In this document: piece after piece, positions 1-9,677 of the stretch | Position numbering within the stretch: the first letter of the stretch is position 1 | How the letters are laid out: the number at the start of each line of letters is the position of its first letter | Origin: a bacterium | GTDB lineage: Bacteria > Zixibacteria > MSB-5A5 > GN15 > FEB-12 | Reading direction: 5' to 3' | DNA: 64,000 nucleotides | Assembly: GCA_030605565.1 (NCBI GenBank) | Contig: JAUWIB010000099.1 | Location: forward strand, 733 to 64,732 | Translations under genes and position numbers: made by a program | Notes under the pieces: generated by a model | What the model saw: only the letters and a program-made list of their open reading frames with translations | Told to the model about the DNA's origin: nothing | Database searches by the model: none

Positions 1-1082
1 CGACGTAGCGCCGAGGGATAAAAGCGGCCGAAATAGGCATGCCAACCACGCAGAATAGGATTGAACATCCGGGACAGATCCGACAACGTTTTCTCGTTCT
101 TAAGCTGGATATGCCAACTGCGGATACGCCGGTTGATCTCCTTCATGGAGGATCGGCTGATCGCCGGAAGAAAATTCGGATGAACCTGACCTTGCTTATT
201 GACGCACCGTCGAGGACGAAACGTGTAGCCAAGAAAGTCAAAACTGATCCTTGAATATCCTTCGGTGCGATGGACATCCTTGCAGTAAACGATACTTGAT
301 TTGTCAGGATGGATTTCCAACCCGCACTGCCGAAACCGTTCCGATATTCGTCTCATCACATACTCCGCCTGACGCCGACTTTTACAATGCAGCAGCCCAT
401 CATCGGCGTAACGGCAAAATGGAACCCCTGGCAACTCGCGTCTTACCCACGAATCAAACCCGTAGTGCAAGAACAGATTTGCCAAAATAGGACTCACCAC
501 ACCGCCCTGCGGCGTGCCTTGACGTCGCTCCAGTAAACTACCGTCCTGTTGTTGCAACGGAACTTTCAACCAGCGCTCTACGTACAACAGCACCCAGCGA
601 CACTTGCAATGGCGGCACAAAGCCTTCATCAGCAAGTCATGGTTGATGTTGTCAAAGAGACCTCGGATATCAAACTCCACTACCCAGTCATAATGCCAAC
701 ACCGTTTTCGGGTGATGGCAATCGCGTCATGCGCTGACCTGCCCAGTCGATAACCAAAAGAATTCTCATCGAAGACCGGTTCTAAAATCGGCTCCAGAAC
801 CAACTTCACCACCGTTTGGGCTATGCGATCAGAGACCGTAGGGACTCCGAGAAGGCGTGTCCCACCCGATTTCTTCGGGATCGGAACAGCCTTAACAGCA
901 GGAGGAAAGTAACTCCCGGACGACATTCGATTCCAGATTCGATAGAGATTGTTCTTAAGATCGCACCCGAATAATTCGAGCGACTGATTATCCACTCCCG
1001 CGGCACCTCCTTTGGATTTCACCTCCCGGTATGCTTGCCATACCAGCTTCCTGGAGATTGCAAATGGTTTTGCTACGCTCAA
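1..1082 (-). CDS. Group II intron reverse transcriptase/maturase (C-terminus off window)
   Basis: Absent from the ORF track because no stop codon lies inside the window. My translation of the minus strand from TTG 1082 (AGGAGG 5 nt upstream) is open to position 1. It contains GVPTVSDRIAQTVVK, QGTPQGGVVSPILANLFLHY, FCRYADDGLL (the YADD catalytic motif) and NPILRGWHAYFG (maturase X-domain pattern). Confidence 0.9.
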   Translation of the reverse strand, partial: MSVAKPFAISRKLVWQAYREVKSKGGAAGVDNQSLELFGCDLKNNLYRIWNRMSSGSYFPPAVKAVPIPKKSGGTRLLGVPTVSDRIAQTVVKLVLEPILEPVFDENSFGYRLGRSAHDAIAITRKRCWHYDWVVEFDIRGLFDNINHDLLMKALCRHCKCRWVLLYVERWLKVPLQQQDGSLLERRQGTPQGGVVSPILANLFLHYGFDSWVRRELPGVPFCRYADDGLLHCKSRRQAEYVMRRISERFRQCGLEIHPDKSSIVYCKDVHRTEGYSRISFDFLGYTFRPRRCVNKQGQVHPNFLPAISRSSMKEINRRIRSWHIQLKNEKTLSDLSRMFNPILRGWHAYFGRFYPSALR

Positions 1083-1594
1083 CGACTCCTCCTGAAAATC
1101 AGTTGGTCGATTGTTAATAGCCGAGTGACCAAGCCCCTTCGCTCCACTGCCATTACAGCAGCTTCAACGCTAATACGAGCTTGTCCGCCCCTGTGCAACG
1201 CATCGATACTGTCAGCCTCGCAGGGTCTCTGCTTGTGCCTTTCTCTTAACATCGTTACCACAGGTTCCCGCAGTTCCACATGAGAGCCCAGATCAAGATC
1301 ATGCCACCTCTATGCCGGGCGCCGTCTGACCAGTAAGCAGGTTTCCGCCAGACTTGTCCCGGGGCAACATCACCTCCCCGGTTTCGACGCCATCTGTGCA
1401 TCTTTCGACACTTGAACGGTGGTTCACTTGTGTTCATCTTCTTGATCCACACCTGATGCTTCCAAAGCACCTTTTCCGCAACGCTCACGACCATGACTTT
1501 TGATCACAGCCGCTTACGGTGGTTTGCAATCTGCTCCTGCAAGCCGATTGCGGGAGGCCTACTCCCATCTCTCACACAGCTTGCTGCGGCACAC
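1..1594 (-). mobile_element. Group II intron, 5' portion (ribozyme domains I-III plus intron-encoded protein); 3' end lies beyond the window start
   Basis: Minus strand reads ...TGG CTG TCC GAT ATC A|GTGTGCCGCAGC. This is a GUGYG-type intron 5' end at 1594, directly after IS3 OrfB codons WLSDIS. About 510 nt without a long ORF follow, then an RT/maturase frame runs off the window. Confidence 0.8.
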
Positions 1595-1997
1595 TGATAT
1601 CGGACAGCCAGACTGCATTCGGTTGATCAACGCTGAACTGACGATTCAGCAGGTTATCAGCAACCGGATGATTGTGATTCGAGTTGGTCGTCACACGATA
1701 CTTGCGCTTGCCGATGGCGCGTATCCCACCCAGACGCATCAATCTGGCAACACGGTTCTCACTGCATGACACTCCCGATTCATTCAGCTCAACAGTAAGA
1801 CGCGGTGAACCATACGTCTGACGACTGCGATCAAAAGCGATACGCATCTCCGAAAGCAACACCCGATTGGCACGACTATGTTCACTCTCAGGAGTTCGTA
1901 GCCAGGCATAAAACCGACTGCGTGACACCTCTAACACATCACACATCTTTCTCACGCGAAACTCCTTACGATGATCACGAATGAACCCATACCTCAC
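1595..1997 (-). CDS. IS3-family transposase OrfB, 5' part, split by the group II intron
   Basis: Track ORF 1572..1997 reads RYGFIRDHRKEFRVRKMCDVLEVSRSRFYAWL...QTYGSPRLTVEL...NAVWLSDIS and then runs into intron sequence. It sits in the -1 frame relative to orfA. Confidence 0.8.
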
Positions 1998-2290
1998 TTC
2001 TTTCGGTCGGAAAAGACCGAAATCGCTTTTTTTAAGATGTCACGTTCCTCGCGAAGATCTGCATTCTCACGTTGCAAACGACGCAACTCCGCCTGCTCGG
2101 CACTCAGATTACCGGTCCCGACAAATGCCCTCTCCTGATGATCTGCAAATTGTTGCTTCCAACGATGAAGAAGATTCTCACCAATACCCAAATCTCGGGC
2201 AACTGCCGCAACAGGGCGACGCTCCTCAGTGACCAATCTCACGGCCTCAACTTTGAAAGCTCTGTCAAACTGACGACGTTTCTTCGACAT
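1994..2290 (-). CDS. IS3-family transposase OrfA (HTH)
   Basis: MSKKRRQFDRAFKVEAVRLV...ARDLGIGENLLHRWKQQ... followed by a leucine-zipper-like tail. AGGAGG lies 7 nt upstream of ATG 2290. The track ORF 1994..2314 was trimmed to this start. Confidence 0.85.
   Translation of the reverse strand: MSKKRRQFDRAFKVEAVRLVTEERRPVAAVARDLGIGENLLHRWKQQFADHQERAFVGTGNLSAEQAELRRLQRENADLREERDILKKAISVFSDRKK
2026..2033 (-). promoter_or_regulatory. Programmed -1 ribosomal frameshift site (A AAA AAG type) joining OrfA and OrfB
   Basis: A T7 run on the plus strand at 2027-2033 gives A7G on the minus strand, inside orfA codons TTA AAA AAA GCG. The -1 frame is open from here into orfB (LKKSDFGLFRPKEVRYGF...). Confidence 0.6.
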
Positions 2291-2650
2291 AAACACACCT
2301 CCTGATAGAATCATAACTCTATCTTCTCGATGTGTCCACTAAATCGGGGGAGGTTCACTTGGAGATAAGCCTGCTCAGGTGTCTCTGGCAATGCGGTATC
2401 GGCATCCCCTCCCACACGAACCTCGGCATACTCATCCTAACCCTGCTGCTGTTGTTGGCCGGTGCTTATGTCATCTACCAGCGGCGACGGAGCGTGTTGA
2501 ACGTCGAATAGTCCGTTTGACAAGTCAACCGCAATAGAATGGCCGGGGCGCTTGTCGCGTCCCGGCCTTCCCAACTGTGAGGTTATAGTACTGGCTCGGT
2601 CCCCGAATCCATTCTGAGGACCGAACAGGCCAAATGTCGGCGCAGGTCGA

Positions 2651-3133
2651 TCAGTCAGATTTCCAGTCGACCCATGCCCCGATGGAATACTTGTCGATCA
2701 ACTCCGCTTTCAAATCAGCCGCTTCAGCCACATTTTCAAAGCTGCCGATGCGCACCCGGTAAAAGGTCTGCCCTTCGTGGACGAATTTGACGGCGTATGG
2801 TTCGTAGCCGCGCCGCCGGTACTGATCAAGCAAATACTGGGCATACTCATAATCCTCGCACGCTGCTATCTGGACCGTATAACCTTCACCAGCCGGTGCT
2901 TCCGCCAAGCTTGAGGTTCCTTCAGGAACAGCCGAAGCGTCAGCGCCGACCTCTTCAACCGCGCTGCTATCGATCACGGACTCATCAGGAGCCATCGTAT
3001 CGACAGCCTCAGCTTCCTCTTCCATCACTTCCTGCCCAAGCTTTTCCGCATCCTCTTGTCTATCAGCACAGCCGATAAGCAGCAAAGCTGCCAGCAATCC
3101 AATCAAATAAGCCTTCATACTTCTCTCTTTCAC
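2651..3133 (-). CDS. SPOR-domain lipoprotein
   Basis: Signal peptide and lipobox (LLAALLLIGCAD), then an acidic low-complexity linker. The C-terminal region YTVQIAACEDYEYAQ...YRVRIGSFENVAEAADLK follows the SPOR pattern. The start could instead be the second Met, at 3118. Confidence 0.75.
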   Translation of the reverse strand: MKERSMKAYLIGLLAALLLIGCADRQEDAEKLGQEVMEEEAEAVDTMAPDESVIDSSAVEEVGADASAVPEGTSSLAEAPAGEGYTVQIAACEDYEYAQYLLDQYRRRGYEPYAVKFVHEGQTFYRVRIGSFENVAEAADLKAELIDKYSIGAWVDWKSD

Positions 3134-3315
3134 TCCGGCCTTGAAGCTGTAACTATTTACGACCTACAACTAAGGCGCCTCAAGTCTGTTCATTCTTGTT
3201 TCACCGTTGAAATAACCCTAACCACCATAACTGTCAATATAAAACCCCCGTCAATTATCCATGGAAGGGCAGCAAAACAGACGTCTGATCGCTTTCACAT
3301 GTGTGCCCGCTGAGT

Positions 3316-3402
3316 CTTCAGATTCAGCGGGAGATTGCGGCCGAATCTGAAGATTCGACCGCCACAAGGCCTTAGTCCGTCAGCCTGAGCGAAGTCGAAG
3401 GG
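3316..3402. repeat. Intergenic palindrome plus a family-A repeat unit
   Basis: CTTCAGATTC...GAATCTGAAG is a perfect 10-bp inverted repeat. It is followed by GTCAGCCTGAGCGAAGTCGAAGGG, a motif that recurs near 27019, 27231 and 32261. Confidence 0.8.
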
Positions 3403-3489
3403 TCTGCGTACCCTGGGGGCAGAGCCTGGATGCTTTGTGGGCGGCAAACCACGCACCATACGATGGTCGCTGAGCCAACGTTCAATCGT

Positions 3490-4356
3490 TCAGTGAGCAG
3501 AAGGCGAAACACCCCAATGGAGTTTCTCCTTGAGGACTTTGTAGAAGCTGTTTTCGGGGAAAACCACGACTTTCAGACGAAAGTCGGCCTGAGTCACGAT
3601 GACCCGATCGGTATCAAGCAGCGGAGCGCTGACCTGTCCATCAAGAGTCAACCCGGCTACCTCGTGCTCGGAGCCAATCCGCAGCTCAAGGATGTCGGAA
3701 GCATTGAATACCATCGGACGGGTCGACAACGAAAAGGCTGCTATCGGCGCCACCACTATCGCCTCCATTGTCGGATGCAGAATCGGTCCACCGGCCGCCA
3801 GCGAGTAGGCTGTTGAGCCGGTCGGCGTGGCCAAAATCAGACCATCGGCCTTGTAGGTAACGAGTTCTTCGCCGTTCACCCGCAGGTTGATTCCGATCAG
3901 CCGGGCAATCGGACCGTTATCAACCACTACTTCATTCAGAGCGTAGGGCGACTCCAGTTTCGGGCGTCCCTCAATGACGGTTTTCAGAAGCATTCTCTCT
4001 TCAATAAGGTACTCTTCGCGCACGATGGCGTTCAGAGCATCTTCCAACTGGTGTGGTCGCAATTGAGTCAGAAAACCGAGTGATCCGAGATTGATTCCCA
4101 ATACCGGCGTCCCGGCTGAGCCGACCGATCGCGCCGATGCCAGAAAAGTACCATCGCCACCCATAGAAATCAAGATGTCGATTTCGGTGGCCAGATCTTC
4201 GCGGGCCAGCTTGGTTGCCCGGCCGTGGCAGATCTCTTCCAGATCCTCACGATAATAGAAGACTTCGTGGCTATTGTGACCCGCCCATTCGAGCACACAG
4301 TCAATAGCCTCGCGGGCACCCTCACGTCTTAGGTTGGCGATCAATCCAAAACGCAT
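3490..4356 (-). CDS. nadK: NAD(+) kinase
   Basis: ILISMGGDGTFL (GGDG motif), GINLGSLGFLT and LILATPTGSTAYSLAAGGPI. Confidence 0.9.
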   Translation of the reverse strand: MRFGLIANLRREGAREAIDCVLEWAGHNSHEVFYYREDLEEICHGRATKLAREDLATEIDILISMGGDGTFLASARSVGSAGTPVLGINLGSLGFLTQLRPHQLEDALNAIVREEYLIEERMLLKTVIEGRPKLESPYALNEVVVDNGPIARLIGINLRVNGEELVTYKADGLILATPTGSTAYSLAAGGPILHPTMEAIVVAPIAAFSLSTRPMVFNASDILELRIGSEHEVAGLTLDGQVSAPLLDTDRVIVTQADFRLKVVVFPENSFYKVLKEKLHWGVSPSAH

Positions 4357-4365
4357 CAGTCAACA

Positions 4366-6345
4366 TCATCCTTTGTCATCGGCTTCCACCATCCGAGAAA
4401 GGTCTGGCTCCGATTTTTTGCGCTGAGCCCCATTACGACGGAACCTCAGTTTCTGAAGGAACCCGCCTTCCAGCTTGAGATGTTGCTTCGCCAGTGATTC
4501 TATCGAGGTCGCCACACTCTCAACATCCAGGCCGATTTCACGAAGCAGCGATTGGTGGTCGCCATGAGTTACGAAGCGATCCGGAATTCCCATCGCCTTG
4601 AATGCGCCTTTGTATCCGTGGTCGAGCAGATACGCCCCCACTGCCTGGCCGAACCCGCCACGGAGGACGTTTTCCTCAAGCGTCACAATCAACCGAGCCG
4701 AGTTTCTGATTCGCTCCAGTTTCTCAAGATCGAGTGGTCGAATGAACCGGGCGTTCACGACAGCCACATCGATTGTCGCTGCGAGCCTTTTCCTTGCCTC
4801 CAGCGCTGTCATAACCATCGTACCGGTCGCCAGCATAACGATCTCCGCCTCCGGCGAACATAGCTCCCATTTGCCCCACTCGATCGTAGCGACCGCCTCC
4901 GTCATGTCTGTGGGGACCGAAGCTCGTGGGTATCTGATTGCTACCGGCCCGGGGAGTTCATGCTCAATCGTGTAATGCAACATCGAGCGAAGCTCATTGC
5001 CGTCTTTGGGTGCGGCCACCTCCAGATTCGGCACCGGACCAAGAAAAGAAAGATCGAAAGCACCGTGATGGGTGGGACCATCCTCGCCCACCAGACCGGC
5101 GCGATCCATGCAGAAAACCACCGGCAGTCTTTGCAGAGCGATGTCGTGGATAATCTGATCGTAGGCGCGTTGCATGAACGTCGAATAAACGGCCATATAG
5201 GGACGCGCCCCTTCGGCGGCCAATCCGCCTGCGAAACATCCGGCGTGCCCTTCGGCGATGCCGACGTCATAGAATCGGTCGGGGAATTTCTGCGCAAACT
5301 TGTCCAGACCGGTACCGGTTGCCATAGCGGCGGTGATGGCGATAACGCGCTTGTCCCTGGCCGCCAACTCCAGCATGGTGTCACCGAAAACGTCTGTATA
5401 AGCCGGCCGCCCTGACTTCTTAGCCGGCTTACCGGTCACCTTGTCGAATTTTCCGATGCCGTGATAACTGGTCGGGTCACCTTCAGCTGGATCGTACCCC
5501 TTCCCTTTCTTGGTCGCCAGATGAAGCATGATCGGGCCTCCAAGATTCTTCAGGCTCTGCAGAGTCTTCACAACCAGCGGCAGATCGTGACCATCAATCG
5601 GTCCAAAATAGCGAAAACCAAGATTCTGAAAAAGCATCCCCGGCACCAGCAAACCTTTGAGAGAGGTTTCAATGTGTGATATCGTAGCCCGGATTTTGTC
5701 GCGTCGCTTGAAACGTCCCGTCAGTTCCCATATTTCGTTGCGCAGCCGATTGAATTTTTCATCCGCCATGATGTTGGTCAGGTACTTCGACATGGCGCCC
5801 ACATTCTTCGAGATCGACCAGGTATTGTCATTCAGAATGACCAGTAGATCTTTTTTCGATGTCCCGGCGTTGTTCAGACCCTCAAAGGCCAGGCCGCCGG
5901 TGAGAGAACCATCCCCGATGATGGCTACGACCTTGTAGTCCTTGCCGGCAAGGTCGCGGGCGGCCGCGATTCCCAGAGCCGCCGAGATCGCCGTCGAGGC
6001 ATGACCGGCGCCGTAAGGATCGCAATCCGATTCGGCGCGTTTGGTGAAACCGGCCAGTCCGCCATACTGTCGCAAGGTGTGAAACTGCTCGCGTCGCCCG
6101 GTCAGAAGTTTGTGGGCATAGACTTGGTGACTGACGTCCCAAACCAGTTTGTCGGTCGGCAGATCGAAGACATAATGCAGCGCCAGCGTCATTTCTACCG
6201 CACCAAGGTTGGTGGCCAGATGACCACCGGTGTCGGCGACCGCCGAGATTATTTCCTGGCGGACATCATCAGCCAAACCTTCGAGCTGTTCAGGTGACAA
6301 CTCCCTGACATCCGATGACGAGTTGATTTTCGAAAGATACTTCAT
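4366..6345 (-). CDS. dxs: 1-deoxy-D-xylulose-5-phosphate synthase
   Basis: GGHLATNLGAVEMTLALHYVF, DVSHQVYAHKLLTGR, GDGSLTGGLAFEGLNNAG and IAEGHAGCFAGGLA. 659 aa, with a basic C-terminal tail. Confidence 0.95.
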   Translation of the reverse strand: MKYLSKINSSSDVRELSPEQLEGLADDVRQEIISAVADTGGHLATNLGAVEMTLALHYVFDLPTDKLVWDVSHQVYAHKLLTGRREQFHTLRQYGGLAGFTKRAESDCDPYGAGHASTAISAALGIAAARDLAGKDYKVVAIIGDGSLTGGLAFEGLNNAGTSKKDLLVILNDNTWSISKNVGAMSKYLTNIMADEKFNRLRNEIWELTGRFKRRDKIRATISHIETSLKGLLVPGMLFQNLGFRYFGPIDGHDLPLVVKTLQSLKNLGGPIMLHLATKKGKGYDPAEGDPTSYHGIGKFDKVTGKPAKKSGRPAYTDVFGDTMLELAARDKRVIAITAAMATGTGLDKFAQKFPDRFYDVGIAEGHAGCFAGGLAAEGARPYMAVYSTFMQRAYDQIIHDIALQRLPVVFCMDRAGLVGEDGPTHHGAFDLSFLGPVPNLEVAAPKDGNELRSMLHYTIEHELPGPVAIRYPRASVPTDMTEAVATIEWGKWELCSPEAEIVMLATGTMVMTALEARKRLAATIDVAVVNARFIRPLDLEKLERIRNSARLIVTLEENVLRGGFGQAVGAYLLDHGYKGAFKAMGIPDRFVTHGDHQSLLREIGLDVESVATSIESLAKQHLKLEGGFLQKLRFRRNGAQRKKSEPDLSRMVEADDKG

Positions 6346-6363
6346 AGGGACCTGTGGTCGCCC

Positions 6364-7251
6364 TCAGCTCTGCCGCTGTCCGATAAACAGCGCGATGAGT
6401 TTAAGAGCGTTGTCATCACCTTCATCAAAAACGGCTATCGCTTCCTCGATCAGCCGCTGAGCTGTCCGGCGAGCCTGAGGCATACCGACCACACCGGGGT
6501 AAGTCGCTTTCAGGTTTTTACTATCTGAACCGACTTTCTTTCCCATTAGTTTCTGATCACCCTCGATATCCAGTATGTCGTCGATCACCTGGAAAGCGAG
6601 GCCCACCTTCTCCCCGAAGATAGTCAGCCTTGAGAGCAACTCAGCCGGAGCATCGGCCAGAATGGCCCCGACCCGCACGGCGCAACGTATCAGAGCACCG
6701 GTCTTGCGCCGGTGGATCTCGGTGATCTCCTCCTCGGTAACCCGGCGGCCTTCCGCTTCTATGTCGGCTGTCTGTCCGCCGAGCATCCCCGCAGTGCCGA
6801 TAGCTCGGGCCAGTTCTGTCACCGGTTCAGTACGACCGGTGCGCGCCATAAGTTCGAAAGCTATGTCATGCAGGGCATCACCGGCGAGAACGGCAATCGC
6901 CTCACCGAATTTCTTATGACAGGTCGGTTGCCCGCGTCGGAGGTCGTCGTCATCCATGCACGGCAGATCGTCATGGATCAATGAATACGTGTGCACCATC
7001 TCCAGCGCCGCCATGGCGTAATGGATCGGCAACTCTTCACTCTCGGCATCGCCGCCACAATATCCATACGCCGCCAGAGCCAACTGCGGGCGCAATCGTT
7101 TACCACCGGCCATCACCGAATAATGCAGCGCCTCGTGCAGCGATTTCGGCTCGGACGACACCGGCGGCAGATACTTCTCCAGCAATCGGTCGGTCAGCTC
7201 CCGCCCGGCCTGAAGGTATGCGCTGGGGTCAATGGTCTGCGCCGGCATCAC
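6364..7251 (-). CDS. ispA: Polyprenyl (farnesyl/geranylgeranyl) diphosphate synthase
   Basis: First Asp-rich motif LIHDDLPCMDDDDLRRG and second Asp-rich motif FQVIDDILD. A 4-nt overlap with xseB places it in the xseAB-ispA-dxs operon. Confidence 0.9.
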   Translation of the reverse strand: MMPAQTIDPSAYLQAGRELTDRLLEKYLPPVSSEPKSLHEALHYSVMAGGKRLRPQLALAAYGYCGGDAESEELPIHYAMAALEMVHTYSLIHDDLPCMDDDDLRRGQPTCHKKFGEAIAVLAGDALHDIAFELMARTGRTEPVTELARAIGTAGMLGGQTADIEAEGRRVTEEEITEIHRRKTGALIRCAVRVGAILADAPAELLSRLTIFGEKVGLAFQVIDDILDIEGDQKLMGKKVGSDSKNLKATYPGVVGMPQARRTAQRLIEEAIAVFDEGDDNALKLIALFIGQRQS

Positions 7252-7493
7252 GCTTCGGTCTCCGCTTCGTCAAAGTCCTCCTCGACCGGGAGATTGTTCT
7301 TCTCGGAGATGATTTTGATCTTCTTCTCGGCAGCATCAAGTCTCTGATGGCAGTCCTTAGCCAGTTGCAGACCCTCGGTATAGAGGCTGATCGAATCCTC
7401 AAGCGACGCCTCGCCCGACTCCAACAGTCCGGTTATCTCCTCAAGGCGCTCCAGCGCCGACTCGAAATCTTTAGCTTTCTTACTGGTCGTCAT
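7248..7493 (-). CDS. xseB: Exodeoxyribonuclease VII small subunit
   Basis: FESALERLEEITGLLESGEASLEDSISLYTEGLQLAKDCHQRL. Trimmed to ATG 7493. Confidence 0.85.
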   Translation of the reverse strand: MTTSKKAKDFESALERLEEITGLLESGEASLEDSISLYTEGLQLAKDCHQRLDAAEKKIKIISEKNNLPVEEDFDEAETEA

Positions 7494-8706
7494 GTTTCTT
7501 GTCCGGTTTCGTTTCTTCCACAAACGACACTATCCGGCCGTCAAAGAGAATCGTCTCCATGCGGTCGCCGGGGAGAATGTCACGCACCGATCGGATCAGA
7601 CTCCGTTTCGGCAACCGTCTGCTGACCGCATAACCCCTCGCTAATATCTTCAGCGGAGACAAAGTCTCCAGCCGAGCCAACGACAAAGATAACCGGTTCT
7701 TGTGCTTTTCAAAACGGTTTTTTCCAGCCGCCGATAGCGTCCGCCTCAGGTTATCAAGATACTGCTGCCGCTGGTTAACGAGATCCAACGGGCGCGCAAA
7801 AACCGGCCGCATCAATAGGGAGAACAACTCTCGGCGGGCGCCTTTCACCAAATCGGCCAACAGACCGGCCTGACGGCGGGTGTGGCTGTCTATCTGATCG
7901 ACCATTTCTACTCGGGACCAAACAGCCAGTTCCGCTGCCGCCGATGGTGTGGGTGCACGCAAGTCGGCGACGAGGTCGGCCAGAGTCACGTCGATCTCGT
8001 GGCCGACCGCTGAGATCACCGGTATCTTCGAGGCCGCGATGGCGCGCACGGCCACCTCGGTGTTGAACGGCCAAAGATCCTCAAGCGAGCCTCCCCCTCG
8101 CCCGGTGATGATTATGTCGATGTCGTCACGACTGTTGAAATACGCGATCCCGGCGGCAATCGTCTGTTCGGCGCCGTCACCCTGCACCGCGGCTGGGTAG
8201 ATGACCAACTCGACCGACCGGTTGCGACGACGTGCGATCTGAATGATATCACGAATGGCTGCCCCGGTTGGAGACGTGACAATACCTATCTTTCGTGCAA
8301 AAAGTGGCATCGCCACCTTGCGGTCCTCGGCGAAGAGACCTTCGGCCTCTAACTTCTCATGAAGTTGCCTGAACGCGAGTTCCAACTCCCCGATCCCCAC
8401 CGGAACGAGCTTGCGACAGTTGAGTTGATACTGCCCCCCTTTTTCGTAGACGTTTATGTCCCCGAAGGCGAGCACCTTCTGTCCGTTCTCCGGCTCAAAC
8501 TTGAGATAACTTCCGGCGGACCGCCAGATGGTCACTTTGAGCGTCGCGCGATCATCTTTGAGATTGAGATACCTGTGTCCCGAACCATGATGCAGATAGT
8601 TCGACACTTCGCCTTCCACCCACACACCTTGCAGCGTAGACTCCAGCGTCTCTTTTATAATGCGCGTCACCGCACTGACGGTATATGCCTGGGGCAGCGT
8701 TGTCAT
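7480..8706 (-). CDS. xseA: Exodeoxyribonuclease VII large subunit
   Basis: YTVSAVTRIIKETLE...GVWVEGEVSN (OB fold), IGIVTSPTGAAIRDI and GRGGGSLEDLWPFN. Trimmed to ATG 8706. Confidence 0.9.
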   Translation of the reverse strand: MTTLPQAYTVSAVTRIIKETLESTLQGVWVEGEVSNYLHHGSGHRYLNLKDDRATLKVTIWRSAGSYLKFEPENGQKVLAFGDINVYEKGGQYQLNCRKLVPVGIGELELAFRQLHEKLEAEGLFAEDRKVAMPLFARKIGIVTSPTGAAIRDIIQIARRRNRSVELVIYPAAVQGDGAEQTIAAGIAYFNSRDDIDIIITGRGGGSLEDLWPFNTEVAVRAIAASKIPVISAVGHEIDVTLADLVADLRAPTPSAAAELAVWSRVEMVDQIDSHTRRQAGLLADLVKGARRELFSLLMRPVFARPLDLVNQRQQYLDNLRRTLSAAGKNRFEKHKNRLSLSLARLETLSPLKILARGYAVSRRLPKRSLIRSVRDILPGDRMETILFDGRIVSFVEETKPDKKHDDQ

Positions 8707-8858
8707 AGGGGGAGTATAGTGTCGGCGAACGCATTCTGGCAATAACTAAACGTGCCTCCGCATTCGAACCTCCAAAGTGCATTGAGATATTGGAAAGCCG
8801 ACTATAGGAGCCGTTAGTAAACGAAGTCAAAAAAGTCAAGTTTTTTTTCGAGAGGGGG

Positions 8859-8887
8859 TTGACAGATATGAAGATGTTCATTATACT
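8859..8887 (+). promoter_or_regulatory. Near-consensus sigma70-type promoter for the 8951 gene
   Basis: TTGACA (8859-8864), an exact 17-nt spacer, then TATACT (8882-8887). It lies about 65 nt upstream of ATG 8951. Confidence 0.5.
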
Positions 8888-8950
8888 AATTCAAGGTCCA
8901 TAACGATACTGAGCAACTAGGGTAGCGGACCGTACCAGGCAGAGGGTACA

Positions 8951-9676
8951 ATGGCAGGCAGTTCTGACGAAAAAACAGCAAGCCCCACCAACGACGCGGG
9001 AAGAAGGCGGCCTTCATTCAAACGCCGAATCTACAAAACCGCGATAACTGTCGCCACAATCCTAATCACCATCTTTGCTTGGCGGGTTCTGAATGTGCTT
9101 GCCTTTCCAGAAAGCAAGGGCAATGAATGCCTCTCAGTCACGAGTGTTCCCTCCAGCGTAGCATACAGAGACAACACGATCTACCGTGAGAGAATCCTAA
9201 TCCGAAACACAAGCAGACAAGAGCGTTATGTAGTGGGAGTTCTCAAGCTAGAGCCGACACCTGTGCACCTCAAGACCATCCCAGAGAGGGTTCAACATTA
9301 TTGTCACTTTGATACTGCCACAGGTATGTTCCGCCTGCTTATGAATGTCAAGCCCGATAGTAGAATAGAACCGATTCAGCCTTCAGAGCTAGTGACTATT
9401 GAGTTTGCAGATACACTTCGATTCTCGATCACTGACACAGCGAATCTCCACTTAAGGTTCAAACATTACCGAGTCCAGAATAGCGACAAGGGAAATAGGG
9501 GAAGTAATAGCGAAGGAATATTCGGAGGTCGCGGGAGAATGGACTTCGTCGGTTTATTAGTCGTCGTTATCGCACTGTTCATCCTCGTTTTTCTGGCTCA
9601 CAAGAGTGAAAAGGTCAAGCTCACCGTGTCAAAAGATATCGAGATTGACGACACAGCATTGGAAGGGCTTAGCTAA
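8951..9676 (+). CDS. Hypothetical two-pass membrane protein
   Basis: Arg-rich N-terminus, a TM segment (AITVATILITIFAWRVL), a roughly 150-aa middle domain, a Gly-rich stretch, then a second TM segment (FVGLLVVVIALFILVFLA). GAGGG lies 6 nt before the ATG. I recognise no family. Confidence 0.6.
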   Translation: MAGSSDEKTASPTNDAGRRRPSFKRRIYKTAITVATILITIFAWRVLNVLAFPESKGNECLSVTSVPSSVAYRDNTIYRERILIRNTSRQERYVVGVLKLEPTPVHLKTIPERVQHYCHFDTATGMFRLLMNVKPDSRIEPIQPSELVTIEFADTLRFSITDTANLHLRFKHYRVQNSDKGNRGSNSEGIFGGRGRMDFVGLLVVVIALFILVFLAHKSEKVKLTVSKDIEIDDTALEGLS

Positions 9677-9677
9677 A

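Larger units (their letters stand above)
1595..2357 (-). mobile_element. IS3-family insertion sequence, left part (interrupted by the intron; the rest is off window)
   Basis: The minus-strand terminus TGAACCTCCCCCGATTTAGTGGACACA begins at 2357 (TG... end typical of IS3 inverted repeats). orfA and orfB are arranged in the 0/-1 frames with an A-run slippery site between them. Confidence 0.8.

Noticed and set aside
9606-9677. Upstream extension of the TPR ORF, overlapping the preceding gene by 71 nt.
   Set aside because: A GTG 2 nt after the upstream stop gives a compact coupled arrangement, and the protein then begins at its first TM region. The ATG at 9606 cannot be excluded, however.
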